From assembly GCA_002633005.1 (NCBI GenBank), contig NMRA01000156.1:62001-126000 (forward strand): 64,000 nt of DNA, in the 5' to 3' direction. The translations under genes were made by a program, and so were the position numbers. The stretch is from Phoronis australis (lineage: Eukaryota > Animalia > Phoronida). Positions 1 through 11,600 of the stretch are shown here, piece by piece (the stretch's first letter is position 1; the number at the start of each line of letters is the position of its first letter). Below the pieces are notes generated by a model that ran no database searches, was not told the origin of the DNA, and saw only the letters and a list, made by a program, of their open reading frames with translations.

Positions 1-540
1 CAAAAATTGCTATCTCTTTAGTAATACACAAAACAAAAGTCAGAAGGTAGCACAAGCGTGTACCATTATGTTGCTATTTATTCCTCCATATTAAAACAGG
101 TGTTTAAAACAACAATGAAATCAACATGTCTTTAGAGAAGGCAATGAAAACAGTAAACATGAGCCATAGGTTTCTTTCATAGATCACGGACAATAGATTT
201 ACAGCTACTATCCTATGAAATTCCCAGAAGAGGCACCACTTTCTTCCAATGCCTAACTCAGCTTCAGTTTAGTAAGCAGACGACCTACTTGCCGGAAGCA
301 AAACATGCATCACACCATGCGTCACTACTGAATAGTGATGGTCACGGTCAATAGTGGTGGTCGCGGCCAATGGTGGTCGCAACTTGTGCATAAGAGTTGG
401 TGGTCCATATACTATAGTCTATCATGTTTTTATAGGCTTTAAAATAACATGTAAGTGAATGAATAAAACAAATCAAACAAGCTACACAAAAAACAGTGAA
501 TACCGGGGCCCAGACCCTCAACAATTCACTTATCAAGATT

Positions 541-1460
541 ATGTAGAACCTAATCAACATGTCAGTGTATTTAGCCATGTACCCACAACACTATACATAT
601 CAACTGTGTAAAAGCATTTTCTGAAAGTAGAAAGCCTGTAGAATTTGATTTCTGACTTGATACCTTGTTGCTATTAATTGGATCGCGTGGCCATGTGTTC
701 TTAGTATAATTTAGCAAAAAAGACAGGTACTTTCGAAGCAAAACAACGGTATCAATAACTTAATCAAATTTTGTTTGATATAAATGTCCAAGATGAAATC
801 TCAAATGCTGTTACAGTTTTTCATTTTCTTGTGATACGAATCCCATCAGTCGTTTTTGAGATATTAGGTTTCAAAGTTGGCCAAATTTGACCACTTACGA
901 GATTCCTACATAACTTAAAAGATTATGTAGGACCCTCATCCACAAGTCTATGCACTTAACCAAATATCTACACAACTAAAGGTAATTATATAAGTCTGTA
1001 AAAGTATTACACTTTCTGAAGCTTGTAGATTTTGATATTTAGCTTCCTACCAATATGTCGTTAATTGAATCGAGTGATCATGTCTTTTTAGAAAAGTTTT
1101 GCAAAAAAAATAATTCTAGGGTACATTCATAGCACAACAATGGTATCAGTAACACAACCAAAATTTGTTTGATATAAATGTACAAGATAACATCTAAGAA
1201 AAGCTGTTAAAGTTTTCTAAAATATTATTTTGTTTTTGTCTTATGCCATTTTTAAAATTTTCCATCAAAATCATAAGTCATATTTCTTGAGAGCAGCTCG
1301 TGCAAAAAGGAACGTTTATAAAAACAATTCCTAAAACCATGTTGGAACACAGCGCATAAAGCATAACGTGGGAAAGTTTCATCTGAATCCAATTAGCCAT
1401 GTCTGAGGTATGATGTCCCAAACTTAGCAAATTTTGAAATTTTTCTAAGATCCTACATAC
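541..1460 (+). repeat. Two adjacent copies of an AT-rich MITE-like family (541-911 deleted copy, 925-1458 fuller copy)
   Basis: Shared blocks (aacaacggtatcaataac..aaattttgtttgatataaatgt..aagat); ends atgtagga.. / ..tcctacat; reverse copy at 51183-51720. Confidence 0.7.
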
Positions 1461-2274
1461 CTTAAGTATTACTTAGGTTAAGTGAGAGCAAATGTAACAC
1501 GAAATGTCACTTGCACGTGTCATATGAGATCCTGACAGAATGAACCAGCAGTCAGATGCTGAAAATATGAGCAGTTGCGAATGGCTTGACGAGGGTACGT
1601 GAGACACTAACAGGACGAAAAGAGTACCACTAGATATAAGTATGCGAGACATAGTGAGCTTGTTTTTTACTAAAACCTATAGTCACTAGCACAAGACCCT
1701 GCGCGTCGTGCGCTGGACAGAATGTCACTTCAGCTGCATACGTGTCCTTGATTAACTCATGGCAACTCAAATATTATTGATGCTTCGGACGTTGCTGAAC
1801 CAATTTCGGGAACCCTTCACCTATTAAGCCCACAATATGGTAGCCTGGTGAAATTTTACTTTGTTAAATTTAGCAACAACAAGAGCAATGTAGAGAGTTG
1901 AAATGCACCCACCGTGCGCTTCACAAAAGAGTGCAGATACAAGAGATGATCATTATTTTACTAATTTCTACCAAATGGAGCAATGCTAGTATACTTAATA
2001 ATGGCCTCTAGGCGGTGCAAAACAAGTCAGAAATGCTTTCCTCAATAGGAACACACCTGCCACCTTTCATCATGATTCTTCAAGAAGTTTGGAGGATAGG
2101 ATGGCAGACGACAAAGAACAAAAACAATAGAATAATAGAAGGCGCAAAGTAAGTCAAATCCATCTGAAACAGGGTGCTGCTGTCTGCGTTACAGTAACTT
2201 ATTAGCCCAATTTCATAAATATCCATGGAGGAGCTTGGTAGATATCAAAGCAAACGCAAAGCAAAATAGAAATT

Positions 2275-2358
2275 GCCACAAGGTGTCTCTTCTCTCTTCG
2301 GATTTGTCTTGAAATAGCCACAAGGTGTCTCTTCTCCCGTCGGATTTGTCTTGAAATC
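2275..2358. repeat. 42-bp tandem duplication
   Basis: gccacaaggtgtctcttctc..tcggatttgtcttgaaat x2. Confidence 0.9.
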
Positions 2359-5132
2359 CACACCAGTTGACCGTACTGTCCTCAACAAAAAATTCCCAAT
2401 TTTATGAAGACCAACGAGTAAGAAATAAAATTGCCCTGCAGCAGAGGGCGCCACAGCAGTTGGACTCCTTCAAAAATCAACGTTGGCTGGGCACTTCCCA
2501 GTAGGAACATATTCCAACTTTCATGATGATCCTCGGTGTGATTTTGCCGATAGAGAAGCAGACGTGAAAACTTGAAAAAAATTAAATTGGCCACTGAGTG
2601 GCACACAATAATCACATTCATCCAAAGATGTGAAGGCGTTATCGTTTCTTTAACAAAAACCTACTTTCTATGTTTCATGAAAATCTGTCAAGGAACAGCG
2701 AAGCTACGGATGAAACGCAAACAAGTAAAATTACCACCAGGGGGCACAATGGTAGTCGAACCCATCCAAAAGTTTCTAGATGTTCCGTTCAAATATAACA
2801 AAGATCTTACATGTCTTGAGGTTTAGAGAGAAAAAAAACAGCCAGAAAGGGACACCACAGTAGTTGAAGCCATCCAAAATCATCATCATCTGCACTCTTC
2901 CCAGTAGAAACACAAGGCAAATTTCCATAATAATCCTTAGAGTGGCTTGTAGGATGATAGCGAGAGATGGATGGTAAAAAACCATACTTGAAAATAATAA
3001 AAATAGCCACAATATGTCAAATCTACCTGAAAATGGGAAGGTGTCATCGCCTCTTCAACAGAAATCTATTTCCCGAATTTCATTAAAATCTGTAAAAGGA
3101 AATTATTAACTACTACGATTGTCTCTAAGGTGCACACCTTAGTCGGACCCATACAAAAATTTGCTCATATCATACCATCCAAAATAGTAATACGTCTGCA
3201 AAATTTCACAGACATCCATCAAGGGGTTTAGGAACAGCGAACGCCGGACACCGCATGGACATACGGGGATAATGCACCTAGATATAAATAGACTAATAAA
3301 TATAATTTTGTGCACAGTATACAAATCTGTGGATGCATGTATTAAGTAAAGATTTAAAAGGTTCTAGTATCTTATCTAGGCTTATACAGTTTAGATGTCA
3401 AAAACAAACGTTTGATAAAGTTTCTATCACTTGCCGGAAGGTAACAGGCCTTTGAAAAAAGAAAAATTACAAATTTGTCAATTATTTTCGTGCGAAATAA
3501 GCAAAGATTTACTGTAGTTTCTTGAACCAGGGAATTCAAATTGAAAAGACAGCAGTGCCATCTGCTAGTAGTCCTGAACAACAACTCCAGTCACTTTTGC
3601 AGGAATTGACAGAATTCCCCAGTAGAAGAAACCAGTTGGTTACATACGAAAGGGTAATTTTCAGTTAAGTTGGTCTAGCGATTGGATCGATACATTGCAA
3701 GTACACACCCTGTATAACAATATCTATCATCTAGACTGTTCAGTGGGTAAAGTAAAACTCATGTGACTGTCCAGATTTAGGAATGTATAAGCAGCAGGTA
3801 ATTTTAACCCGTGGGAAATTTGGTTCGGATGACAAATTTCGTATTTCACAATTGAACCAAAGAGTTCACTTAAGGTGACCTAGCAGTAACTCTTCAGTTG
3901 CTTAGCAGACAATATGGCCGACAATAGAAATTCTATTTTGTCAACTTTACTCACAAAATAAAGATTAAGAAGATGTTAGTCTATTACTAGACTGGTTTGT
4001 ACTACGTGAATGTCAAAAACAACATTTGATAAAGTTTCCACTATTTGTAGCAAAGTTATTGGCCTTTGAAATATGGAAAATAACAATTTTGGCAATTACT
4101 TTTGAGCGAAATAAGCGGAGAACCATAACCGTTTTTAACCTTAATTGTCGTCAACCTAATAAGATGATGAAAATGCTGGGCTTTTAAATATTACATCTAG
4201 ATCAACATAATTAATTCGAGTGCTGACACAAATTCATCACCGACTAATTAAGAGTAACACAGCTCAAACTCTAATCACATCCCATTACCAGCAGACATGA
4301 TGATTTTCCATTAAGGCACAATTCTGCTTCGGGGTCACAGAGGCATATGCTGGCAGGGGTAAACAATAAACTCGACAAAATTGAAATTTAGTGCCCGTTA
4401 ACAGAAATGTAATTTTCACCAGCATACTGCATTTCAAAGACTGGCAATCACAAATTAATCACCGTTAATCGCTCTGAATGCAATAACAAGCGAAATGCAT
4501 TCGTCAATGTCGCATTCGGCGGTTACCAACCATTACCTAGGCTGGCGTGAAGCTGATGACTTTTTAATTCTAGATATCATGAGAAAAGAAGCGGGATTCT
4601 TCCTAAATGAAAACTCGGCAGAGCGAAACTGTTTACACATTGTTTGTGTCAAATATGATAATTGAGTTTTGATGAATCTCATGAACAAAAGAAACATTGT
4701 TGTAATTTGAACACACGTGGTTGTAATTATCACAGGTAGACGGGGGAAAAAAGCCTAATCAAAGACACTGAAAATGAAATTTTCCCAAAATAAAGGGTGA
4801 TGTCCATCATTCCGAAAAAATTGAGAGTAATTGGAGACCAAGAATGATGTCTGAATTTACCTAATTTCTTTCTCTTCAGGAAATAAAATGACAAATTTTC
4901 ATACTTCCCAAAAAATTTTAATTATTGTTCCAAATTGAGGGGACAATCATCCAGTAAATCAATATGTACCACAAAAATATTTTTTTAAAAAATATTTGGA
5001 GCATTTAGGCATGAAACTGTGTGTAACATTATGGAAGTATGCAAAATCTCACATATTTAGAAAACAACAGGGCTTATAACTGAAATATTACTCCCGTCAG
5101 GTAACATAGGTCGAGAACAGTCTGTACAGGTA

Positions 5133-5288
5133 CACATCAAAATGCATTGTGAGGGGAGAGACCAGAAATCAAAACAGTTGGAGCTCAAAGGAAACAATCT
5201 TTCTATTTTCTGAATATAAAAAATTGATTCATTTGAGCTCTAACTGTTTTGATTTCTGGTCTCTCCCCTCACAATGCATTTTGACGTG
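5133..5288. repeat. Long inverted repeat (57-bp arms, 42-bp spacer)
   Basis: 5133-5189 versus the reverse complement of 5232-5288 differ at 2 positions. Confidence 0.92.
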
Positions 5289-8200
5289 AAATATTATTGT
5301 TTTTTTTTGTAAAAGATAAATAGCTCCCAAAAATAACCCTTCACAGTTATCAACTTCTGGACCACATAATGTAGCTACCAATAAGTGACAATTGAAAACC
5401 GTAGTAAAAGATTCAGAAAAAGGTAAAGGACAACACTGGCAATTATTTTTGTCAGAAATTGGCGAGGTTTCACAGCAATATATTATAGGGCACACGCACA
5501 CAGATTCACTTCAGAATAGCTCAGACTCAACGTATGAATACAGAAAAGAAAGTGAGCACATCAACATACTTTTGTGATACACTTTTTCAACATCGTTTAA
5601 TTTCATACGAAACTACAAAAAGATCAATCATTTTCATATTAAAGAATGAACCCACATACAAATAATTATGTGCGTGCATAAAAATAGCTAATTTTGCCCC
5701 GAAATGGCCATCACTTCATCTCGATAGTATTTTTTAAATTTATCTTTATACCAAGAAGTAGTCGTCCTTGAAATATATTTTATTCAACAACTCAGTATCT
5801 AGCCACTTTGCCGCATTTGAACAGCCAGAGTTGGGCGTCATGGCAGAATGACCCTTAAGACAAAAACTTTAAAGTACACATCACAACTGTGTGCAGTTTG
5901 CATAGTTCATAAACTAGATAAACAATGCCTCCCTCACCTCGTTATCAAGGCAGATTAGTTCGTTTGCACCTGAATACATTGAACAAGATATCAGCAGAAA
6001 CAAAGTACATGAGTTTTAATTAAAAGTTAAAGATAACGAAGGATCTTATTAACAAGAACATGTATGCTAGTGCAGTAAGTCTCCAGGTATTTCGCACATA
6101 AAATTATTTTGAAAAATAATATTTTGTCCCTTCCTTACTTCGCCCAGGCTACTTGGGTGGGTATTTCTTGCCCCCAACTAAGGTGAAAATTCTAAATTTG
6201 TTACGCAATATGGCAGACAGTTGAAATTTCATTTTGTCGAATTTCTCAACAAAAATAATCTTTTGAAAAAATTTACTTTGTTTTTATCTTGGTTTGTATG
6301 GTATAATTATTACCAAACAACATTTGGGACGATAGATTTTTCGTAACGGATGACCGGACCTTGTTCAGCAACTGGTCATGTCATAATTAATAACCAGATT
6401 TTAAGGGGCTTTAATGAAACCCTGCATTGCATAAACTTCAAACTACACTGACATATAACATTTTACTTGCTTTAGAAAATGCACTTCGGATGAAGATATG
6501 CACTATTTTTGAAAAACAGACACTTATTCACAATTTTCATTACTGTCTGTTGGCAGGTGGCATAAACTGGGAACAGAGAGCAATCAACACTTAAATAATG
6601 CCAGATATTGTATTTTATTGTAATAATCATACTTTATTAAAGTAAGCACTGACAATTTGGCATTCCACATATATAATAACAGTGAAATATCATAACATTG
6701 TTATTTCGAAAATCCATTCCGTACACGTCTTCTACCCTTATTAAAAAACCAATACAAATCCTGGGGACCAACACCAAGACCACAAAATAATGAAAAAACT
6801 CGGTTGAAATAAGCAATTTGTTGCAAAACTTAAGAATGGCGCAGACTCAATATCAGTCGGCTATGTCTGACCATATCCAGAAATTTCTATATGCGTTTGA
6901 TCGGCTTTGGCAACATTAAGCTTGAGCGCTTAAATTTTAGTCACGATAGAATTTATCATCAATCATCAGTACATCACAAGTTAGAACCATGACGTGCGAC
7001 AAAATAGTCTTTGCTTCTTATCTCGCAAAAATCTATTGGATCTCATAACGTTAATGGAAACAGGAAAGGGTCAGTGACCACACACTGAACAAAATCTTCC
7101 TAAACTTATGATAAAGCCTGCTATGTTCGAGTATTTGTTCACCCATAATTTCAGTTGGACCAATTAATTCACAATAACGCAGAATGATATAGACTCCTCA
7201 GTTTTACTGAATTTCGTTGGATTCATAATCGTAATTTGCCACTGCGCGCTGCCCTTAGTCAGGAAATCTGTTTGTTACATCACAACTCCCCTGTCTTGTT
7301 TGTGCAGCCATGGTAAGACTGGATCGTGTTAACATCATTTGCAGTAAAGTAGGTTAGAGTCAAGGCCTGCCACCAGGAGGCGACGTAACTTGAAGCAATT
7401 ATTGGTTGGTTGTTTAGACAGATAAGTAGAATGCATTATGCCAAAAATATTAGAAATTCATTACAAGCATGTTTAGTGCTGGCCAGCTGTCATCAAGCAA
7501 AATTTTTAGTCTATGAACAAAGCAGGCAGGCTTTGAATGCAATCGAATTTGAAGAATTACATGTTACAGTAAAACCAAAATCAGTCATGGCCATGGCAAC
7601 TGGATGAGAAAACCTACATAGCTTTAGGTGGTCTGGAATAATTCTCCACCTAGTATATGACAGACAAGTAAAATTTTATTCTATCAAACTTTAAACAAAA
7701 AGATTCGGAAAATCTAAATCCATTAATAGCTTAGTCTGCACTGTGTTGATGTCATAGAAAACATTTGGCAACTCTCCAACTACAGCAATGTCACCAGACA
7801 TTGCGAGATGGTAAACTGACAGCTTTGGCAATTACTTTTATGGGAAATAAGCAGAGAATTACCACATTATATACATTTAAAATGCCCTTAAAAATTACGC
7901 TGATACAATATCAGGTAAACAGATAAGCCCCTCAAATTGTGTAAGCAACACTTAACTTTGTATAGAACGCAGCACAGACAGCACAATTGTAAAAGCATAT
8001 ATCATTTGATGATGACGATTCAACAAATAACGTGAACAGTACTACGAAACGACCACCACTAATAATGATAACGGTGAAAATAGCACGTCTAACGATTGAG
8101 TAACAGTAACAGCAGTAGTTGCTGTTGTTTTACTAACCCTTATACACGCAACTGATACTACAAGTACTAATACTCACGAGACACGAAATTATTACTATCA

Positions 8201-8592
8201 CAGTATCAACAACTCTTAGAATTTACCATCAAAATATAAGTCTGTCCGTTCTCTTAAAGAAGACACTCAGACTTGAAAACTTCCTTCACGAAGAACCATA
8301 ACGGGGCTCTCGTGTTTTTAGCTCAGGTTTTTTGTGCAATGGGCCCAAGGTAAGAGGCCTGCACACGGCTGATGCACCACAAATGACATCAGGCTACTTG
8401 CACTGCTTTTTTTCAAAACATTGTCATATTTATTTTGAGGTTTTTTTTCCACACATACATGCAGGTTGATTGAAGCTCGCGTGAAGACACAGTAGGGCGA
8501 ACTTATAGGTCATGTATAATGTTAGTGTTTGAGAGAATGAAAGATAGCAAAGAAGATCCCAAGAATAACTATTAGTTGCACAGTGTACTTAC

Positions 8593-8657
8593 GTCATAAT
8601 GGACACCTTGTCTTGCTGTGATGCACCACGCATGCTGGCAGACATGGACAGATCCAT
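8593..8657 (-). CDS. RB1CC1: RB1CC1 coding exon 20 (start of Claw domain)
   Basis: MDLSMSASMRGASQQDKVSIM(T)|gtaagt; corresponds to recalled human MSQSMSSVSSRHSEKIAIRD. Confidence 0.85.
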
Positions 8658-11600
8658 CTATTGGCAGGAAAAGTAAACTCAAGTCAACAATTTACAGAAA
8701 TCATCACCAGTTTGTATTGAACTCATCTTTTACTTGCAGCATTCTATTGAAGTTTGGGCAGTAGTCACCTACAGGGGTTACACGTTTTGAGAACCAATTT
8801 GATGCTTGTTAATCAGCATAGAAAACTGGTTTCCATAATGTGGCACCACTCTACGTGGCTGTTACCAATTTTCGATCAATTTGGAGTGTTTTCCGATGCA
8901 TGAATTGAGGTGATATTAATATCACTGTACGTGATATTAATATCACTGTACGTGATACAGAAACGAAAATGATTGTAAGTAAAGCAGCACTTCAGAATTT
9001 GTTAATTTTGTTCCGCAGAAAAGATGCAGTTATCGCGCAGAACACACCAAATAACACATTTACGTCCATAAGGTAACACTGAAGAAATTCATCAAAAACG
9101 CAGGGAAACACATATAAGTGATTATTGACATTGTTGTGAAACACCATAATGAATAAAGAGTTGTAATTAATGAGAAATAATACAATTTATGATTGACATT
9201 TGAAGTCAGTATTTATGTGGCATACAGCATGGACAGTGCGACACGTGCGTTGTCATGGTGATGAACAGTTCTAGCAGAGGCTGATACAAGCAAGAAGTAC
9301 ATTGTAATGCAGTGTGAAGACAGTCCTCATTAGCACTTGAATGTACGCTACGTGTGATTGGCTGGATTCTGACGATCAAATTGTGGGAAGTGATCTACTC
9401 GACACGCTGCACTTTTTGTTCCAGAGTTGAGAAAATTAACGCTAGTATTGATTTGCATAATAAACGTACGTTATCGGACTAAATGATGCGAAATCCCCCA
9501 TCACGACAGTTGGATGCAAGTGGAATCCATTGCCATGAGAGAAATTTACCAGAAAGTTAAAATGGTGGAAATCCTATTGTATAATAAAAGAAGCATGAAG
9601 TGATGAATTATTGCCATTCGTTTTAGCTGTAAGAGGAATTCGGCAGTCACCAAGGGTTAGCAGTTATGTAATATCAGATTATTTTTGCTGCTGATATTAG
9701 TGTTTCCTACAAGTAATGAGGTCAGTCAGGACAGCCAATGACATTCATTCACTGAAAGCAATATGGCTGCCAGCCGGACGGTTCTCCGTTTGAACACTGG
9801 ATGGAGTGACTAGTCGCATGAGCCAGTTGTTTACTGTCTGGCTTTGTGCACTATTGTTCTATGTTCAATGGTTGCCTGGCTATATCATCTGTAGTTCTCT
9901 ATCTTATTTGAGCATGACTTTGCATAAATGAGTGTTTGGATAGCACTTCAAAGGGATGAAAGTGTGATGTCACACATAACAATGAATCCTAAATCTTGGT
10001 TATAAAAACATGCCAAACCCCTTTTGTGACTGCAAAGTTCTCTAGTTTACGCAAGTTTAGTGTTATTCTCATATTGCCAGATTCATGTATCGTTGTCGCT
10101 GATAGGCCAACATTAAAAAGGCATTTGTGGAGTTCTTTCAGATGATAAAATTATTCATCTATAAACCTGCTTTGATCGTGCACATTTATTTAACACTTCT
10201 AAATCAAATCAACACTGTCACAGTCATGTTGTCAAGTTATTGTTTGTAACAAAAATGGCCGACCTATGACCAAGATGGCCGACCTTTTGTTCAGGGTGAC
10301 GTACCATTTTGGCTCTAAGTTCCACCACCTCACTCTCTTTCTCTCGAAGAGTCTACAAAAAGTGAAAAAATAAGGGACTTAGTTACACCTATTTCCAGGT
10401 AAAAACACTTCAATTGGATATTAAAACGTAAAACAATTACCGCTTTTATTCCATTTGTCAAAGCGTAGTACATCGCTGCATATTTTTGAAATTTTTCGAT
10501 TGCTGTTGTGTGCAAACTGAACTAAAAGCAAAGTAAAATTTCTTGAAAGTTATTTCTGTTGAGAATTTTCACAACATAAAATTTCATTTGCCTGCCATAT
10601 TATGCAGAAAGACAAAGCACTCAGCTTAGTCAGGCTTCATATCTGTTATTACACCTAAGGTAAAATTCTTCAGTCTAGGACTGATCACCAATGGCAGAAA
10701 AGAAGAATTCTCTTTCATTTTGTCAATTTTTTGACAAAATTAACTGTTGAGAACATTTTACTTATTTGCCAGGGTGCCTTGTGATTTACAACTATCGTCA
10801 AACAGCGTTTGGTCCACCATTGAGCCTTTGCAGCAACTAAGCAAGCCTCTGACAAAATGGAAAAAGAAGGTAATTCTACCAATTACTTTTTGTCCTAAAC
10901 AGGAAAATTTGTACACAGTAAATCAGTTTACCATTAGAAAAGGAAAATCAGATTGTACATAATTATAAGCTAAAGCATAACACTATAATGAAACAACCAT
11001 TACACGAAGCTGGTGTCAGCCATAATCGGTTTCAAGTTGCAAACCCCGTCTTGTATAAAAATGATTTTGGACACTTACGGTAATAAAACTGGAACAAACT
11101 GGTTCCATGCAAAGACCTAAAGCGATTCCTGGGTCTGGAAAGAACTGACTGCTACAGACCAGGCTAAAAAGTTGGTCCGTTTCATGAAAAGTGACTTAAA
11201 GGCTCAAGTCAGGAATTAGGTCTTATGCTTCACACAATTATTTCCCAATAAATCTCAGCTGAGTATAACATAACTACTACTTACTGAGTTAAGTTTCTAT
11301 AACTTATTTCTCGACTGGGATAATAATTACTTGGCTAAACCTTTATACTTCTGGTATTGTGACGTGGTAGCATAAGAACAAACTTAATTTTAAGTCTTAA
11401 GTCATTTTTCATGACACAGGCCCCTGAAATACCTTTTAATCTGAATATTATGCAATCAAAAAAGTTGAGATCATTTTTAAAACACCATCGGGCCAAAATC
11501 AAAGGTCAGTTTTTGACAGCAGCTTCAATGTTTCTAAAACTGCTGTCCAAAAATAATTTTCAAAGTCCCTTATCATACCAAGGACAGGGTTAATTTTCAA

